The position numbers and the translations under genes were made by a program. The notes under the pieces were generated by a model, which searched no databases, was not told the origin of the DNA, and saw nothing but the letters and a program-made list of their open reading frames with translations. Shown in pieces: positions 28,480 through 38,243 of a stretch of DNA of 64,000 bases (its first letter is position 1; the number at the start of each line of letters is the position of its first letter). Where the stretch lies: positions 10,731 to 74,730 of the forward strand of contig JAFGJN010000041.1 in the NCBI GenBank assembly GCA_016929055.1. The letters are read 5' to 3'. Origin of the DNA: Candidatus Zhuqueibacterota bacterium. Lineage in GTDB: Bacteria > Zhuqueibacterota > Zhuqueibacteria > Residuimicrobiales > Oceaniaggregativiventaceae.

Positions 28480-29406
28480 TCAGGACTGTTCTTGTGCGAT
28501 CAGCCACCAGCAATTGAGATCAGAGATCTCTTGCACGGAAAAGCCATGTTCCTGCAACCAGGATTTGATACCCGGCGGATTCCAACCCGTGTGCGGATGG
28601 TTTTCTTTGTTTGTTTGGGACAGCAGTTCCAGTGCTGCCGCGCTCCAATCACCGAGAAGCAAAACCCCATTTTTTTTGCAAAGATTTTTGCACGTTTGAA
28701 GCAGCTTTTCGGTCTGTGCAATCCGGTGTAAAACGGAGAGACAGATGACGGTATCAAAACTCTGCTCCGCCAAATCCGCTTGAAAAACATCGATTTGCCT
28801 AAAATCGGCCACATGATCGACTTTAAAGTGAACCGCGTTGAGTTGTGCGATATGCACAGCATGTGCTGAAACATCGATGCCGAGCACCGAACGGCCGCGT
28901 TTGGCCATCTCGATTGCCAACAGACCGTGCCCGGCTCCAACATGGAGGATTTGGGCAGCTTTTGCAGGCACCAAATCGGCAGTCCGGGTGTGAAAAGCGG
29001 CGAGATCCAATCCCGCTGCGGCGTATCGTTCCATGCGGCGATTATAGGCCAAATGGTTTCGGCGAATGAGATAATCTGCCATGGCTGTATGTAAACCCTG
29101 AATTCCCAAAAGTGAACAATGGCGCTTCCCCTGCGGCAATCCGCCGAGGAAGGTGACCACGTCGTCGTCGGTCATCTGAATCGCCATGGCAAATTTTTTG
29201 CCAATGACCATTTCGGAGACAGCACTGGTCGTGGCGATAGCCGCACCGCATCCATAGACTTTGTATTTGAAATCGGTGATGGTTTCATCTCGAACTTTGA
29301 TCCACACCTGAATAAAGTCGCCACAATTTGGATCGCCTACCCGCGCTTGTCCATCCGCATCCTGCAATTTCCCTACATTGCGAGGATTGTTGAAATGATC
29401 CATCAC
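28480..29406 (-). CDS. Fusion protein: N-terminal IscU/NifU-like Fe-S scaffold domain + C-terminal class I SAM-dependent methyltransferase domain
   Basis: Residues 1-125 carry all three IscU cysteine motifs (GDPNCGD, YGCGAAIATTS, KRHCSLLG). Residues about 140-308 carry methyltransferase motif I (ILHVGAGHGLLAIEMAKRGRSVLGIDVS) and the post-I/II pattern. It is one uninterrupted ORF. Confidence 0.7.
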   Translation of the reverse strand: MMDHFNNPRNVGKLQDADGQARVGDPNCGDFIQVWIKVRDETITDFKYKVYGCGAAIATTSAVSEMVIGKKFAMAIQMTDDDVVTFLGGLPQGKRHCSLLGIQGLHTAMADYLIRRNHLAYNRRMERYAAAGLDLAAFHTRTADLVPAKAAQILHVGAGHGLLAIEMAKRGRSVLGIDVSAHAVHIAQLNAVHFKVDHVADFRQIDVFQADLAEQSFDTVICLSVLHRIAQTEKLLQTCKNLCKKNGVLLLGDWSAAALELLSQTNKENHPHTGWNPPGIKSWLQEHGFSVQEISDLNCWWLIAQEQS

Positions 29407-29458
29407 CTTTTCATTATAGTCTAAAATCGAAAGGTCTCCATTGGTTTGGTCGAGTTTT

Positions 29459-30307
29459 TTAGCTGTTTTGGGTTTTAACCAGCGTTCCGATCCGTCGGCG
29501 CATTTTTCTTCGTTGAGGGGAAAGAAAAGTACAGATGAAAAATACAGCGGTTGCGGTTAAAACGATTGTAGCGCCGGAAGCGATATTGAGAAAAGCGGAT
29601 AAAAAAAGTCCGCTCCAGCACGAAACCACACCGATAAAAACGGCATAGATGATAGCTTTTTTAAAATGAGCCGTCAACTGCACGGCCGACGCGGCAGGGA
29701 TAACGAGCAGAGCCGAAACCAAAACAATGCCGACGGCTTTAATCGACAAAACAATGGTAAAAGCCATAAGAGTAAGCATGAGAAAATTGAGCCATTTAAC
29801 CGGTAAACCCGTAACCGCCGCCATTTCGGCGTCAAAGGTCAACAATAGAAATTCTTTGTAGAAAAAGAATATAACAAGGAAGACGAGCAGCGCAAGCACA
29901 GCCATAGCGATGAGATCGTTGCGACTGATGGCAAGAACGTTGCCGAAAATATAGCCAAAAAGATCGATCTGATAGCCTTTAATCAAACTGACCAACAGCA
30001 CGCCCATGGCCATGGTGGAGGCGAAAAAGATACCCACAGCAGCATCCTCACGCAACCTGCCGATTTCGGTCACCCAACCGATGAGCCAGGCAACGAGAAC
30101 ACAAAACCCGATTGCCGTATAAAGCGGATTGATGTTCAGAACAAAACCCAGCGCCACACCACCAAAAGAGGCGTGGGAAATGCCGGCGCCGATAAAAGAC
30201 ATACCGCGAAAAACGACAAAAACGCCGATCAGGGCGCATACTGCGCCTGTCAGGGAGGCAGCGACAAGGGCGCGTTGCATAAAAGTGAATTGCATCAGGT
30301 CGATCAT
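29459..30307 (-). CDS. Metal ABC transporter permease (ABC-3 family; ZnuB/MntB-like)
   Basis: 282 aa, 8-9 TM, with the typical ABC-3 start MIDLMQFTFMQRAL and the conserved EAA-like loop region. Confidence 0.85.
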   Translation of the reverse strand: MIDLMQFTFMQRALVAASLTGAVCALIGVFVVFRGMSFIGAGISHASFGGVALGFVLNINPLYTAIGFCVLVAWLIGWVTEIGRLREDAAVGIFFASTMAMGVLLVSLIKGYQIDLFGYIFGNVLAISRNDLIAMAVLALLVFLVIFFFYKEFLLLTFDAEMAAVTGLPVKWLNFLMLTLMAFTIVLSIKAVGIVLVSALLVIPAASAVQLTAHFKKAIIYAVFIGVVSCWSGLFLSAFLNIASGATIVLTATAVFFICTFLSPQRRKMRRRIGTLVKTQNS

Positions 30308-30316
30308 TTGCGGACC

Positions 30317-31111
30317 TCACGTTTTCTCGGGATCTCGGGTCGACACGACCAAATGCGGCACTTTGCCGTGGTGGAAAAAGACCGCATCACAACCGTACAT
30401 CGCCTGCAAACCTTCTTCGGTCAACACATTCTCGGGCAGCCCATGCGCCACCAAACGTTTATTGAGGCAGGCAATGGCTGTGACATAGCGGGAAACAACA
30501 CCGACGTCATGGGTAACCAGAACCAAAGTCAGGCCAAGATTTTTATGGGTGTTGTGCAGCCATTCATAAAAGCTTTCGGCGGCACCGACGTCCAGCGCAG
30601 CGGTCGGTTCATCAAGCATCAACAGATCGGGTTGGAGGGCCAGAGCTCGAGCGATCAGAACACGCTGGCGTTGGCCGCCGGACAGCCGTCCGAATTGTTC
30701 ATCGGCAAAATCGGTCATATGGACAAGTTCAAGCGCTTCCTCCACCGCTTCCCGGTCCTGGTTATGCGGCCGTTTTCCCAGCCCCATCTTGTAGGCACGA
30801 CCGAGCAGAACCACATCCTTGACCTGAATGGGAAAAGTGAGATCGATGTGACTCTGTTGTGGTACGTAGCCGATTTTTTCTCGCAAGCGTTTGAGTTTTT
30901 TTGGTTCCTTGCCAAAAACCCGCACCGTACCGTCAAATGGATCGGTCAATCCGAGCATCGTGCGCAACAGAGTGGTTTTACCCGATCCGTTGGGTCCCAG
31001 GATGCCGAGAAACGCACCCGGAGAAACTGAGAGGGTGATGTCCTGCAACACGATCTTGTCCTGATAGGCCACTGAAACATTTTGGAGATCGATCACGGGT
31101 GTCGTCATCAA
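30317..31111 (-). CDS. Metal ABC transporter ATP-binding protein (ZnuC/MntA-like)
   Basis: Walker [13 protein letters not shown] signature LSGGQRQR and Walker [14 protein letters not shown] histidine-rich C-terminal tail is common in ZnuC. Confidence 0.85.
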   Translation of the reverse strand: MMTTPVIDLQNVSVAYQDKIVLQDITLSVSPGAFLGILGPNGSGKTTLLRTMLGLTDPFDGTVRVFGKEPKKLKRLREKIGYVPQQSHIDLTFPIQVKDVVLLGRAYKMGLGKRPHNQDREAVEEALELVHMTDFADEQFGRLSGGQRQRVLIARALALQPDLLMLDEPTAALDVGAAESFYEWLHNTHKNLGLTLVLVTHDVGVVSRYVTAIACLNKRLVAHGLPENVLTEEGLQAMYGCDAVFFHHGKVPHLVVSTRDPEKT

Positions 31112-31119
31112 TGCTGCCC

Positions 31120-31992
31120 CTATTGGAGTGCCTGATTCAGGTTTGAGAGATTTTCCCGCATAGTCGCAATATAGTCGCCACTCCCCAAGGGATCGAGTGT
31201 CAGAATTTGGACGCCGGTTTCGGCGGCTATCATATTGACGAGGGTCGGTGAAAATTGCGGTTCGTTAAAAATCGCCCGTGCCTGTACGCGTCTAATAGCC
31301 CGCACAACATCGCGAAAATCCTTTGGAGAGGGTTCACTGCCAGGATTTTTTATGATGACCTGGGTAAGTTCGAGGTTGTATTCGCGAGTAAAATATTCCC
31401 AGGCTGGGTGGACACAGATCAGCGAACGATGCGCCCATTTTTCAGCAGCGGTTCGAATTTCCAGATCCAAACTATCCAGACGAGACAAATAGTGTTTCTC
31501 GTTTTGGTTGAAATAGGCCGAATCAGCCGGCGACAACGATTTCAAAGCAGCGCCAATCATCCGCACTTGCTGCGCAGCCATACGCGGATTGAGCCAGACG
31601 TGGGGATTGCCGGAAGCATGATCATCATCAGCAATTATTTCCATGCCTGTGGTTGTTTCCAGAACGATGACAGAGTCGGCAGGCAAATTGTCGACAAGCT
31701 TGTCGGCCCAATATTCCAGGCCCACGCCATTCAACACTACCAGCCGGGCTTTGGAAGTGATTGCCATCATTTGCGGGGTCAATTCAAAAGTATGCGGGGA
31801 AGCGCCGGCTGGTACGAGTGTGGTGACTTTGACTCGATCGCCACCGACCTGGCGGGAAAAATCGGCCAAAGGAACAATACTGGCAACGACCGCCAGGCGG
31901 TCATTTCGCACAGGGGGGCGGGAGCAAAAGCTGAAAAAGCCAAAGCCGAGAGCGATGACGAGAGAAACCGGCAAAAGGCAACGACGCTTCAT
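31120..31992 (-). CDS. Metal ABC transporter substrate-binding protein (ZnuA/TroA-like, cluster 9)
   Basis: Signal peptide, then a TroA-like fold with metal-ligand His/Asp positions (HTFELTP, DDDHASGNPHVWLNP, CVHPAWEYF). Confidence 0.8.
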   Translation of the reverse strand: MKRRCLLPVSLVIALGFGFFSFCSRPPVRNDRLAVVASIVPLADFSRQVGGDRVKVTTLVPAGASPHTFELTPQMMAITSKARLVVLNGVGLEYWADKLVDNLPADSVIVLETTTGMEIIADDDHASGNPHVWLNPRMAAQQVRMIGAALKSLSPADSAYFNQNEKHYLSRLDSLDLEIRTAAEKWAHRSLICVHPAWEYFTREYNLELTQVIIKNPGSEPSPKDFRDVVRAIRRVQARAIFNEPQFSPTLVNMIAAETGVQILTLDPLGSGDYIATMRENLSNLNQALQ

Positions 31993-32005
31993 TTGAATGG
32001 TCTCC

Positions 32006-32803
32006 TCATGAGAGATCTTGTGGCTGCAATTTTCGTCTGTTGTGCATCAGCCGGGCATAGGCGCTGGCTGGCAGAAAACGGGATGCTCTGGCCAGAAGCG
32101 ACAGTCGATAAGGAAAATGAATTTCCAGTTTTTCGCGCTGCAGGCCCCGAACAATAATTTTCGCCGCTTTTTGGGCGGACATGAGAAACGGCATTTTAAA
32201 ACGATGATCAGCGGTCATAGGCGTGCGAACAAAGCCAGGGGATATAACCATTACTCCTATCCCCATATCCCAAAGATCGAGGCGAAGACTTTCGGCAAAA
32301 ACGGACAAAGCACTTTTGCTGGCGCTATAGTCGGCAGCTGCGGGCATGCCGCGATAACCAGCGAGGCTGGAGGTTACGACGATCCAACCCCACCTCCGAT
32401 CAGCCATGGCCGGCAAAAAATACTTTATCATTCGCAAAACTGAAAAAAAGTTGAGCGAAAAAAGCTTTTCAATTTTTTGCAAATCCATGTCCAGAGCGGA
32501 AAAATCGCCACCCATGCCGGCGTTCAAAAAGAGAATATCTGGAACGATTCCGGCATCGGATAGATTGCGACACACGCGATCGACCTCGGTAGAGTCGGCA
32601 AGATCCGCATCATAAAACAGATGAGGTTGCGACGCGGGTGACAGTTCATGCACCAGTTTTTCGAGCAGGTGTCGTCTGCGAGCGATCAGAATCAAGCGGC
32701 AACGGTTTCTGCTCAGGACGAGCGCCAATTCACGACCTATTCCGGAAGAAGCGCCGGTGAGGAGAATGGTTTGATCGGTTAACTGCATTGGTGAGCTTTT
32801 CAC
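32006..32803 (-). CDS. Short-chain dehydrogenase/reductase (SDR) family oxidoreductase
   Basis: TGASSGIG cofactor motif, NAG, S...YSASK catalytic triad spacing and PGFVRT. It overlaps the upstream gene by 4 nt. Confidence 0.8.
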   Translation of the reverse strand: MKSSPMQLTDQTILLTGASSGIGRELALVLSRNRCRLILIARRRHLLEKLVHELSPASQPHLFYDADLADSTEVDRVCRNLSDAGIVPDILFLNAGMGGDFSALDMDLQKIEKLFSLNFFSVLRMIKYFLPAMADRRWGWIVVTSSLAGYRGMPAAADYSASKSALSVFAESLRLDLWDMGIGVMVISPGFVRTPMTADHRFKMPFLMSAQKAAKIIVRGLQREKLEIHFPYRLSLLARASRFLPASAYARLMHNRRKLQPQDLS

Positions 32804-33324
32804 TTTTTCTTGTTCGGATTCATATGACCCCGAAAAATATGGCGTGAATCGTGCATAGTCACGAATGCAGCGGAATCGATGGCCTCGACCAACTTTAAAA
32901 CCAACCCGGTTTGGCGACGGCGGACAACGGTGTAAACCAATTCGATCGGCCCTTTGAGACCGCGCCCGTCGACAACAGTAACGCCAAAGCCGTTTTCCCG
33001 CAATATCTGGGTGATCTGATCCGATTTTTTAGAGATAACACGAACATGAGACCACCCCAACGCCAATCGATTTTCAATGGAAATACCTAAAAGCGTTCCG
33101 ATAGCAAAACCGCTGCTATAGGCGAAAACGTGAAAAAGATTTCCGATGCCAGAAATAGCTTTGGCGATTGCCAGCAAAAAGATGGTAACTTCAACCAATC
33201 CCACCAGGGCAGCGATATATTTACGACCCTGAATGATGAAAATCATTCGCATGGTGCCGAGAGACACGTCTGTCACACGTGCAACAAAAATCAACAATGC
33301 ACCCAGAAAAACCGAATAGGTCAT
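32800..33324 (-). CDS. UPF0316/DUF2179-family small membrane protein
   Basis: 174 aa. Three N-terminal TM helices (MTYSVFLGALLIFVARVTDVSLGTMRMIFIIQGRKYIAALVGLVEV...) are followed by a soluble DUF2179-like domain (GFGVTVVDGRGLKGPIELVYTVVRR). Confidence 0.55.
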   Translation of the reverse strand: MTYSVFLGALLIFVARVTDVSLGTMRMIFIIQGRKYIAALVGLVEVTIFLLAIAKAISGIGNLFHVFAYSSGFAIGTLLGISIENRLALGWSHVRVISKKSDQITQILRENGFGVTVVDGRGLKGPIELVYTVVRRRQTGLVLKLVEAIDSAAFVTMHDSRHIFRGHMNPNKKK

Positions 33325-33983
33325 GATTCATCCTTAAATATTTGCTGAATAACAGGCATCACTGGTGTCTTCACTGGGACACCAAAAGAGTGAAATTAAA
33401 ACATGAATTCGGGACTATCGATACCCTGTTCAATTAAAAAGCCCGGCGACGAATGTTGCTCAAATTGGGTTAAATGTAGATAACTTTTATCGAAAAAGCA
33501 AGTCCTGAGAGCCAGGTCAAATTCCGACTCTCTGTTGCCAGAGATCAACCACCATGCCAAGAAAAAACGAGTTCTTGATTGCGCCAAAACTTTTTCATCC
33601 TATACTGCATTCGGTGCGAAAACAGCAACTGTCTCACAATATCAGTCGAATAGCGTTCATTACAAACGTGAAAAGCAATTTCCACATACAAGTAACAACA
33701 TCAAATTGCACCTGTTGCGATTCGATCAAACCCGAAAGGGAATCAACGTATTTCGGATTGCTTTTAAATGAATTGTTTAGTATTTTAGAAAGCGGTCGGT
33801 CGCGAGGGATTTTAGATAGAATCATCCTTTCTGTAGGAAAAGATCGGCCATCGATGCAAGCGCTGTATCAGGTCTGCAGGTGCGCGTTTTCAGCATTTGG
33901 CGTCTTGCCGGTTTTTGGCTGTCGCCGGATTAAAGGAGGTGCTTACCGGGTTCATAGAATAAAAATCAACAAGGAGGATACGA

Positions 33984-35777
33984 TTGATTGACCCCAAACA
34001 CATTGAAAATTTCTTCTCGATCGACAGCGCTTTTACCACGATTTTACGCGAATCTTCTTCTGCAAAAGATGCCCGCTCGCAACTTTACCGCTTTTTAGAC
34101 CGCCTCGATCAAAGCCTTCAGGACACGATCGACACTACCGATTCTCTAGAGACCGCTCTCCAAAACAATTGTACCAGAGTTCTGCGCTCACTGATATCGC
34201 TGCGCAGTGAAAAAATCAGCGGTTTTCAACTTGTACATGCGCTTCGCATGCTCGCGCTCGATCAGCGCGATACGATCAGCAATTCCTGTACCGAGGCATT
34301 CATCGAGGACCTGAGCCACTTAGTGAAAGGCGTTGTTGGCAAGAGTGGTATCTATTCCGCCCAAGAATTGCCCGAATTCCTGCAGCTACAGGGACGGCAA
34401 GCAGCACGGGTCCGTTCCGATGAACTCGATAAAATGGCAGACGAGGCTCAACACTTTATGTCCCGGTATACCGATGGCCTGGATCGATCGATCATAGATG
34501 AACGACGGGCAAATAGGCAACGAATTTTAGATTATTTCAATGCCGATTCCAAAGAGTGGGACGATTATCTCTGGCAGATTCGTCACGTGATTCGCAACAG
34601 CACCGACCTGGCAAATCTGATCCAATTGACTGCCGACGAAAAAAAATCGATCGACAGCGCCAATCAATACGGATTGCCGTTTGGAATCACGCCCTATTAT
34701 ATATCGCTGATGGACTATGAAACACATCGACGGCTGGACCATGCGGTTCGAGCTCAAGTTATACCGCCCCCGAAATACATCCAGGCAATAACTGAAAAGC
34801 GCGACCGTGTAGAAATCGAATGCGATTTTATGCACGAACATGATACGTCACCGATCGATTTGATTACCCGTCGGTATCCCAAAATCGCCATTTTCAAACC
34901 CTACAATACCTGCAGTCAGATCTGTGTCTATTGTCAGCGCAACTGGGAAATCGACAATGTCCTGGACAAGAATGCAATGGCTACAAAAAGAAAAATTCTC
35001 GAGGCCATTGACTGGATCAAAAACGATTCGTCGCTTACCGAAGTTTTGGTCACAGGCGGAGATCCGTTGGTTATGCGCGACGAGCGGGTCGAATTTGTCC
35101 TGAGTCAGCTTGCGAATCTGGAACAAATCGAGCGCATTCGAATCGGTTCGCGTACGCCCGTTGTTTTGCCTCAGCGAATCACCGACTCGTTGATTCGTAT
35201 CATCAGCCAATTTCACCAACCGGGGAAACGGGAAATCGCCCTGGTCACCCATTTTGAACACCCCTATGAAATCACGCCCGAATCGATGGAAGCAGTACAA
35301 AAGTTCCGTCGTGCCGGCATTTCTGTTTATAATCAGGCGGTCTTTACCGTTGAAAATAGCCGCAAGTTCGAACTCGTCGCTTTGCGGCGGCTTTTGCGTC
35401 TGATCGGAGTCGATCCCTATTATTCTTTTAACACCAAAGGGAAGGAAGAAACAGAAAATTATCGCGTCCCCATTGCCCGTTTGCAACAGGAAATTCGCGA
35501 GGAAGCACGGCTCTTTCCTGGACTGGTTCGCACCGACGAAGCCGTCTATAATGTACCTCGCCTCGGGAAAAATTACCTGCGCGCGGACATTAATCATTCT
35601 CTGTTGACAATTTTGCCGGAAGGTAAACGCGTTTATGAATTTTTTCCCTGGGAGCGTTTTATCGCTCGAACCGAGACCTATATCGATACAGACGTCCCCA
35701 TCGCCCTTTACCTCAGGGAATTGGAACGTCGAGGAGAAAACGTCGATGACTATCGCACCATCTGGTATTATTTCTAA
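33984..35777 (+). CDS. KamA-family radical SAM protein (lysine 2,3-aminomutase-like) with about 300-aa N-terminal extension
   Basis: TTG start 7 nt after AAGGAGG. The radical SAM cluster motif CSQICVYCQRNW (C-x3-C-x2-C) is followed by the KamA-family segments (VTGGDPL, RIGSRTPVVLPQR, LVTHFEHP) including the C-terminal region. The N-terminal about 300 residues precede the usual KamA core. Confidence 0.8.
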   Translation: MIDPKHIENFFSIDSAFTTILRESSSAKDARSQLYRFLDRLDQSLQDTIDTTDSLETALQNNCTRVLRSLISLRSEKISGFQLVHALRMLALDQRDTISNSCTEAFIEDLSHLVKGVVGKSGIYSAQELPEFLQLQGRQAARVRSDELDKMADEAQHFMSRYTDGLDRSIIDERRANRQRILDYFNADSKEWDDYLWQIRHVIRNSTDLANLIQLTADEKKSIDSANQYGLPFGITPYYISLMDYETHRRLDHAVRAQVIPPPKYIQAITEKRDRVEIECDFMHEHDTSPIDLITRRYPKIAIFKPYNTCSQICVYCQRNWEIDNVLDKNAMATKRKILEAIDWIKNDSSLTEVLVTGGDPLVMRDERVEFVLSQLANLEQIERIRIGSRTPVVLPQRITDSLIRIISQFHQPGKREIALVTHFEHPYEITPESMEAVQKFRRAGISVYNQAVFTVENSRKFELVALRRLLRLIGVDPYYSFNTKGKEETENYRVPIARLQQEIREEARLFPGLVRTDEAVYNVPRLGKNYLRADINHSLLTILPEGKRVYEFFPWERFIARTETYIDTDVPIALYLRELERRGENVDDYRTIWYYF

Positions 35778-36194
35778 TTGTGACCAGCGTCAATAGAAAT
35801 AAGCGGGAAAAGTAAGATTTTAAATTGATCTCCGTATAGCATCCTCGAACCGCAACTTGGCATAACTCCCAATTCGTGAGAGCTGTATCACGATATGACA
35901 ACTCGAACGAATTGTGCGATTTTGCGACATCCCGCGCCAAAAACCATTTGCCGACGACCGATAGTGAGCTCTTTTTTTTGCCCACTGGTTCGCCGAATAG
36001 CCTTTTTTATTAATTAACAGTTATTTACAAGCAATTTGCCTGGTTTTTCAGAAAGGTTTTTAATTGATTGAATATATTGTACTTGTTTTTTTCCCGCAGA
36101 AAAGGCGAGTCCAGGCCGGCATTGTACCAGGAATTTCTGGCACTGCATTTGATTGGTTAATTGCAAAGGATCCTCACTTCACCGGAGGCTTATC

Positions 36195-37331
36195 ATGTCG
36201 CATCAACCCTTTTATCGCTTGATCCTCATTTTGACTCTATTGGCCTGCATAGGAACCGCTGGCGCACAGGTCAAGTTGGATGCCTGGTTGTTGAACAAGG
36301 ATATCAAAGTCCTTTTTCTCAGCGATTTCAATTTTACTGGAAATGCGGCGATGAGCGGGGACTTTTTTCAGTTGCAGCTCACCAACCAAACGCCGAGCGA
36401 TCAATCTATACGCGTGCGTTTGGAGGTTGGATGGGATGGTGGAGAGGACGGCAAGATTGCCGAGGGTATTACCCGGCCTTTTCTCCTTCAAATGGGTGAA
36501 ATACGTATGATCAGATCGAGTGACCTGCTGGGCGGTCACCACACCTACTCGCTTGAAGACTATGCCATCGATTCCGACGCGGAACTATTGAAAGACAAAA
36601 TTCTCAAAACCGGCAAGGTACCTTCTGGCGTATACAGCTTTAGGTTTCAAATTATGTCCGAATCGATGGACAGCGTTCTCGATGAGCGTCAGATCGATAT
36701 CCTGATCACCAATCCGACAACACTGTATCTACAATCGCCGGGGGCATCAGCGGAACTGGAACTGCAATCCATCTTTTCTCCTTATCCCCTATTCCGCTGG
36801 ATTTCAGACATGAATCGGTTTCGGCTCATCGTTGCCGAGAAATTGGACGATGTACACGATCAGGCCGCTCCCGATGAAATTATACAGGATCGAGTGATTT
36901 TTGAAAAAGAACTGATCGTCGATCCAACACTGTCGCAGGTTGAGAACGGGGTCGAAACGGTTGTCGCTCCCGCCTACACCTATCCATCGGTCGGGGCCCC
37001 TGCTCTGCAGGCGGGCAAAACCTATTACTGGCAGGTACACGGATTGGTCAACAGTGCCGGCCAACAGATCGAATTACCCAGCGAAATCTGGGCTTTTCGG
37101 GTTGCCGACCTAACCCAGGCATCGACCTCCAGGGTTTTGGCGACACTCTTGAGCTCTCTGCAATGCGGCAATCTGGAATCCTTTTTTGGTCCTGGTTCTC
37201 CTCTGGAAGGGTATGAACCTACAGGAATTTTTATGATCAACGGTCAACCGATTTCATTGCAAGCGGTACAACAAATACTGGCCAAGATTCAGAGCGGCGA
37301 ATATCAATTGGTGGACACCACCTGCGAGTAA
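36195..37331 (+). CDS. Hypothetical secreted protein
   Basis: ATG at 36195 with signal peptide MSHQPFYRLILILTLLACIGTAGAQV. It has no recognisable catalytic motif. It directly precedes the FecR-domain gene, with a 4-nt gap to the GTG at 37336 or 40 nt to the ATG at 37372. Confidence 0.5.
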   Translation: MSHQPFYRLILILTLLACIGTAGAQVKLDAWLLNKDIKVLFLSDFNFTGNAAMSGDFFQLQLTNQTPSDQSIRVRLEVGWDGGEDGKIAEGITRPFLLQMGEIRMIRSSDLLGGHHTYSLEDYAIDSDAELLKDKILKTGKVPSGVYSFRFQIMSESMDSVLDERQIDILITNPTTLYLQSPGASAELELQSIFSPYPLFRWISDMNRFRLIVAEKLDDVHDQAAPDEIIQDRVIFEKELIVDPTLSQVENGVETVVAPAYTYPSVGAPALQAGKTYYWQVHGLVNSAGQQIELPSEIWAFRVADLTQASTSRVLATLLSSLQCGNLESFFGPGSPLEGYEPTGIFMINGQPISLQAVQQILAKIQSGEYQLVDTTCE

Positions 37332-37371
37332 TCGGGTGGACTTTCAGAACACCAACCATGGAGTTTTATCG

Positions 37372-38070
37372 ATGAGACAGCGTTTATTTTTTGGGATCGC
37401 AACACTGGTCGGGCTTTTCGTTTTTACCGCCGATGCCGCTCCTTCCCCCTCCTCATCGGCAGAAAAGGATATCGCTCTGGTCCTCAAGGTCAAGGGAGAG
37501 GCTCAAGTCAAACTCAATTCTAGGCCCTGGCAAAGTTTACAAAAAGGCTCGCGTTTGAGCAGTGGTACGGAAATTCGGACTGGACACGATGCACTGGTCG
37601 CCCTGGTTTTTACCGACGACAAAAGCATGATGAAGATACGGCAGGACTCGCAGGTTCTGCTCAAGGGCCAACGGGATCAAAACCAGATTCGCAAGCAGAT
37701 CGCTGTCGATTTGGGCGCAATTTGGGCCCGAATCACGCCGGGTGGAGCAGGATTTCGCATGGAAACGCCTTCGGGTGTCGCTGCCGTCAAGGGAACCGAA
37801 TTTTACGGTATTGTGGGTCCAGACGGAGTGACCATTATTATTGGAATCCGCGGTCTGATTGAATTGTTCAACGAAACAGGATCGGTTTTGGTGGGCGCCG
37901 GACAAACGGGTACAGCAACCAAAGACCAAATTCCAGAATTGCAGATGACCCAGCAGCTCGACAACTGGGCCGAGGAAGATAATCTGGTGCGCGAACTGGA
38001 GATAGAATTTCAAAACGAAAAATCTGAAACCAAAACCCTAAAAATCCGATACCGAGAAGTCGATCGCTGA
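37372..38070 (+). CDS. FecR-domain protein (secreted/periplasmic)
   Basis: Signal peptide MRQRLFFGIATLVGLFVFTADA. The FecR-family signature is ...TPSGVAAVKGTEFYGIV... with preceding beta-rich repeats. An alternative GTG start at 37336 abuts the upstream stop. Confidence 0.65.
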   Translation: MRQRLFFGIATLVGLFVFTADAAPSPSSSAEKDIALVLKVKGEAQVKLNSRPWQSLQKGSRLSSGTEIRTGHDALVALVFTDDKSMMKIRQDSQVLLKGQRDQNQIRKQIAVDLGAIWARITPGGAGFRMETPSGVAAVKGTEFYGIVGPDGVTIIIGIRGLIELFNETGSVLVGAGQTGTATKDQIPELQMTQQLDNWAEEDNLVRELEIEFQNEKSETKTLKIRYREVDR

Positions 38071-38243
38071 TCAATACCGATTCACCCCTTTCCTATCAAA
38101 GGCTTTTCAATGTTCGAGTTCCACCTCTTCGCAACCGAATATTCACTGGACGGAGAGGCCGTGAGTTCTACGGCGATTATTTCCATCGGCAAAACCGACT
38201 CTATTGACACTATGTGAATTGCATCCGTCGGGAGAGCTTTTCA

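Noticed and set aside
30173-32157. Long plus-strand ORFs (285 and 300 aa) opposite znuC, znuA and the SDR gene
   Set aside because: The minus-strand genes have unambiguous Walker, TroA and SDR motifs. The plus-strand frames are Arg/Gly/His-rich mirror-frame artefacts.
33840-33983. Possible lysine (L-box) riboswitch upstream of the KamA-like gene
   Set aside because: I could not find the conserved L-box core elements (GAGGCGC, CCGAAGG, GGAAAGG-like boxes) in the leader.
33554-33991. 145-aa ORF in the kamA leader
   Set aside because: It has no RBS, is Cys/Arg-rich and low-complexity, and overlaps the likely promoter and 5'-UTR of the kamA-like gene.
34848-35597. 249-aa antisense ORF within the KamA-family gene
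   Set aside because: It lies inside a gene with the radical SAM motif and has no independent support.
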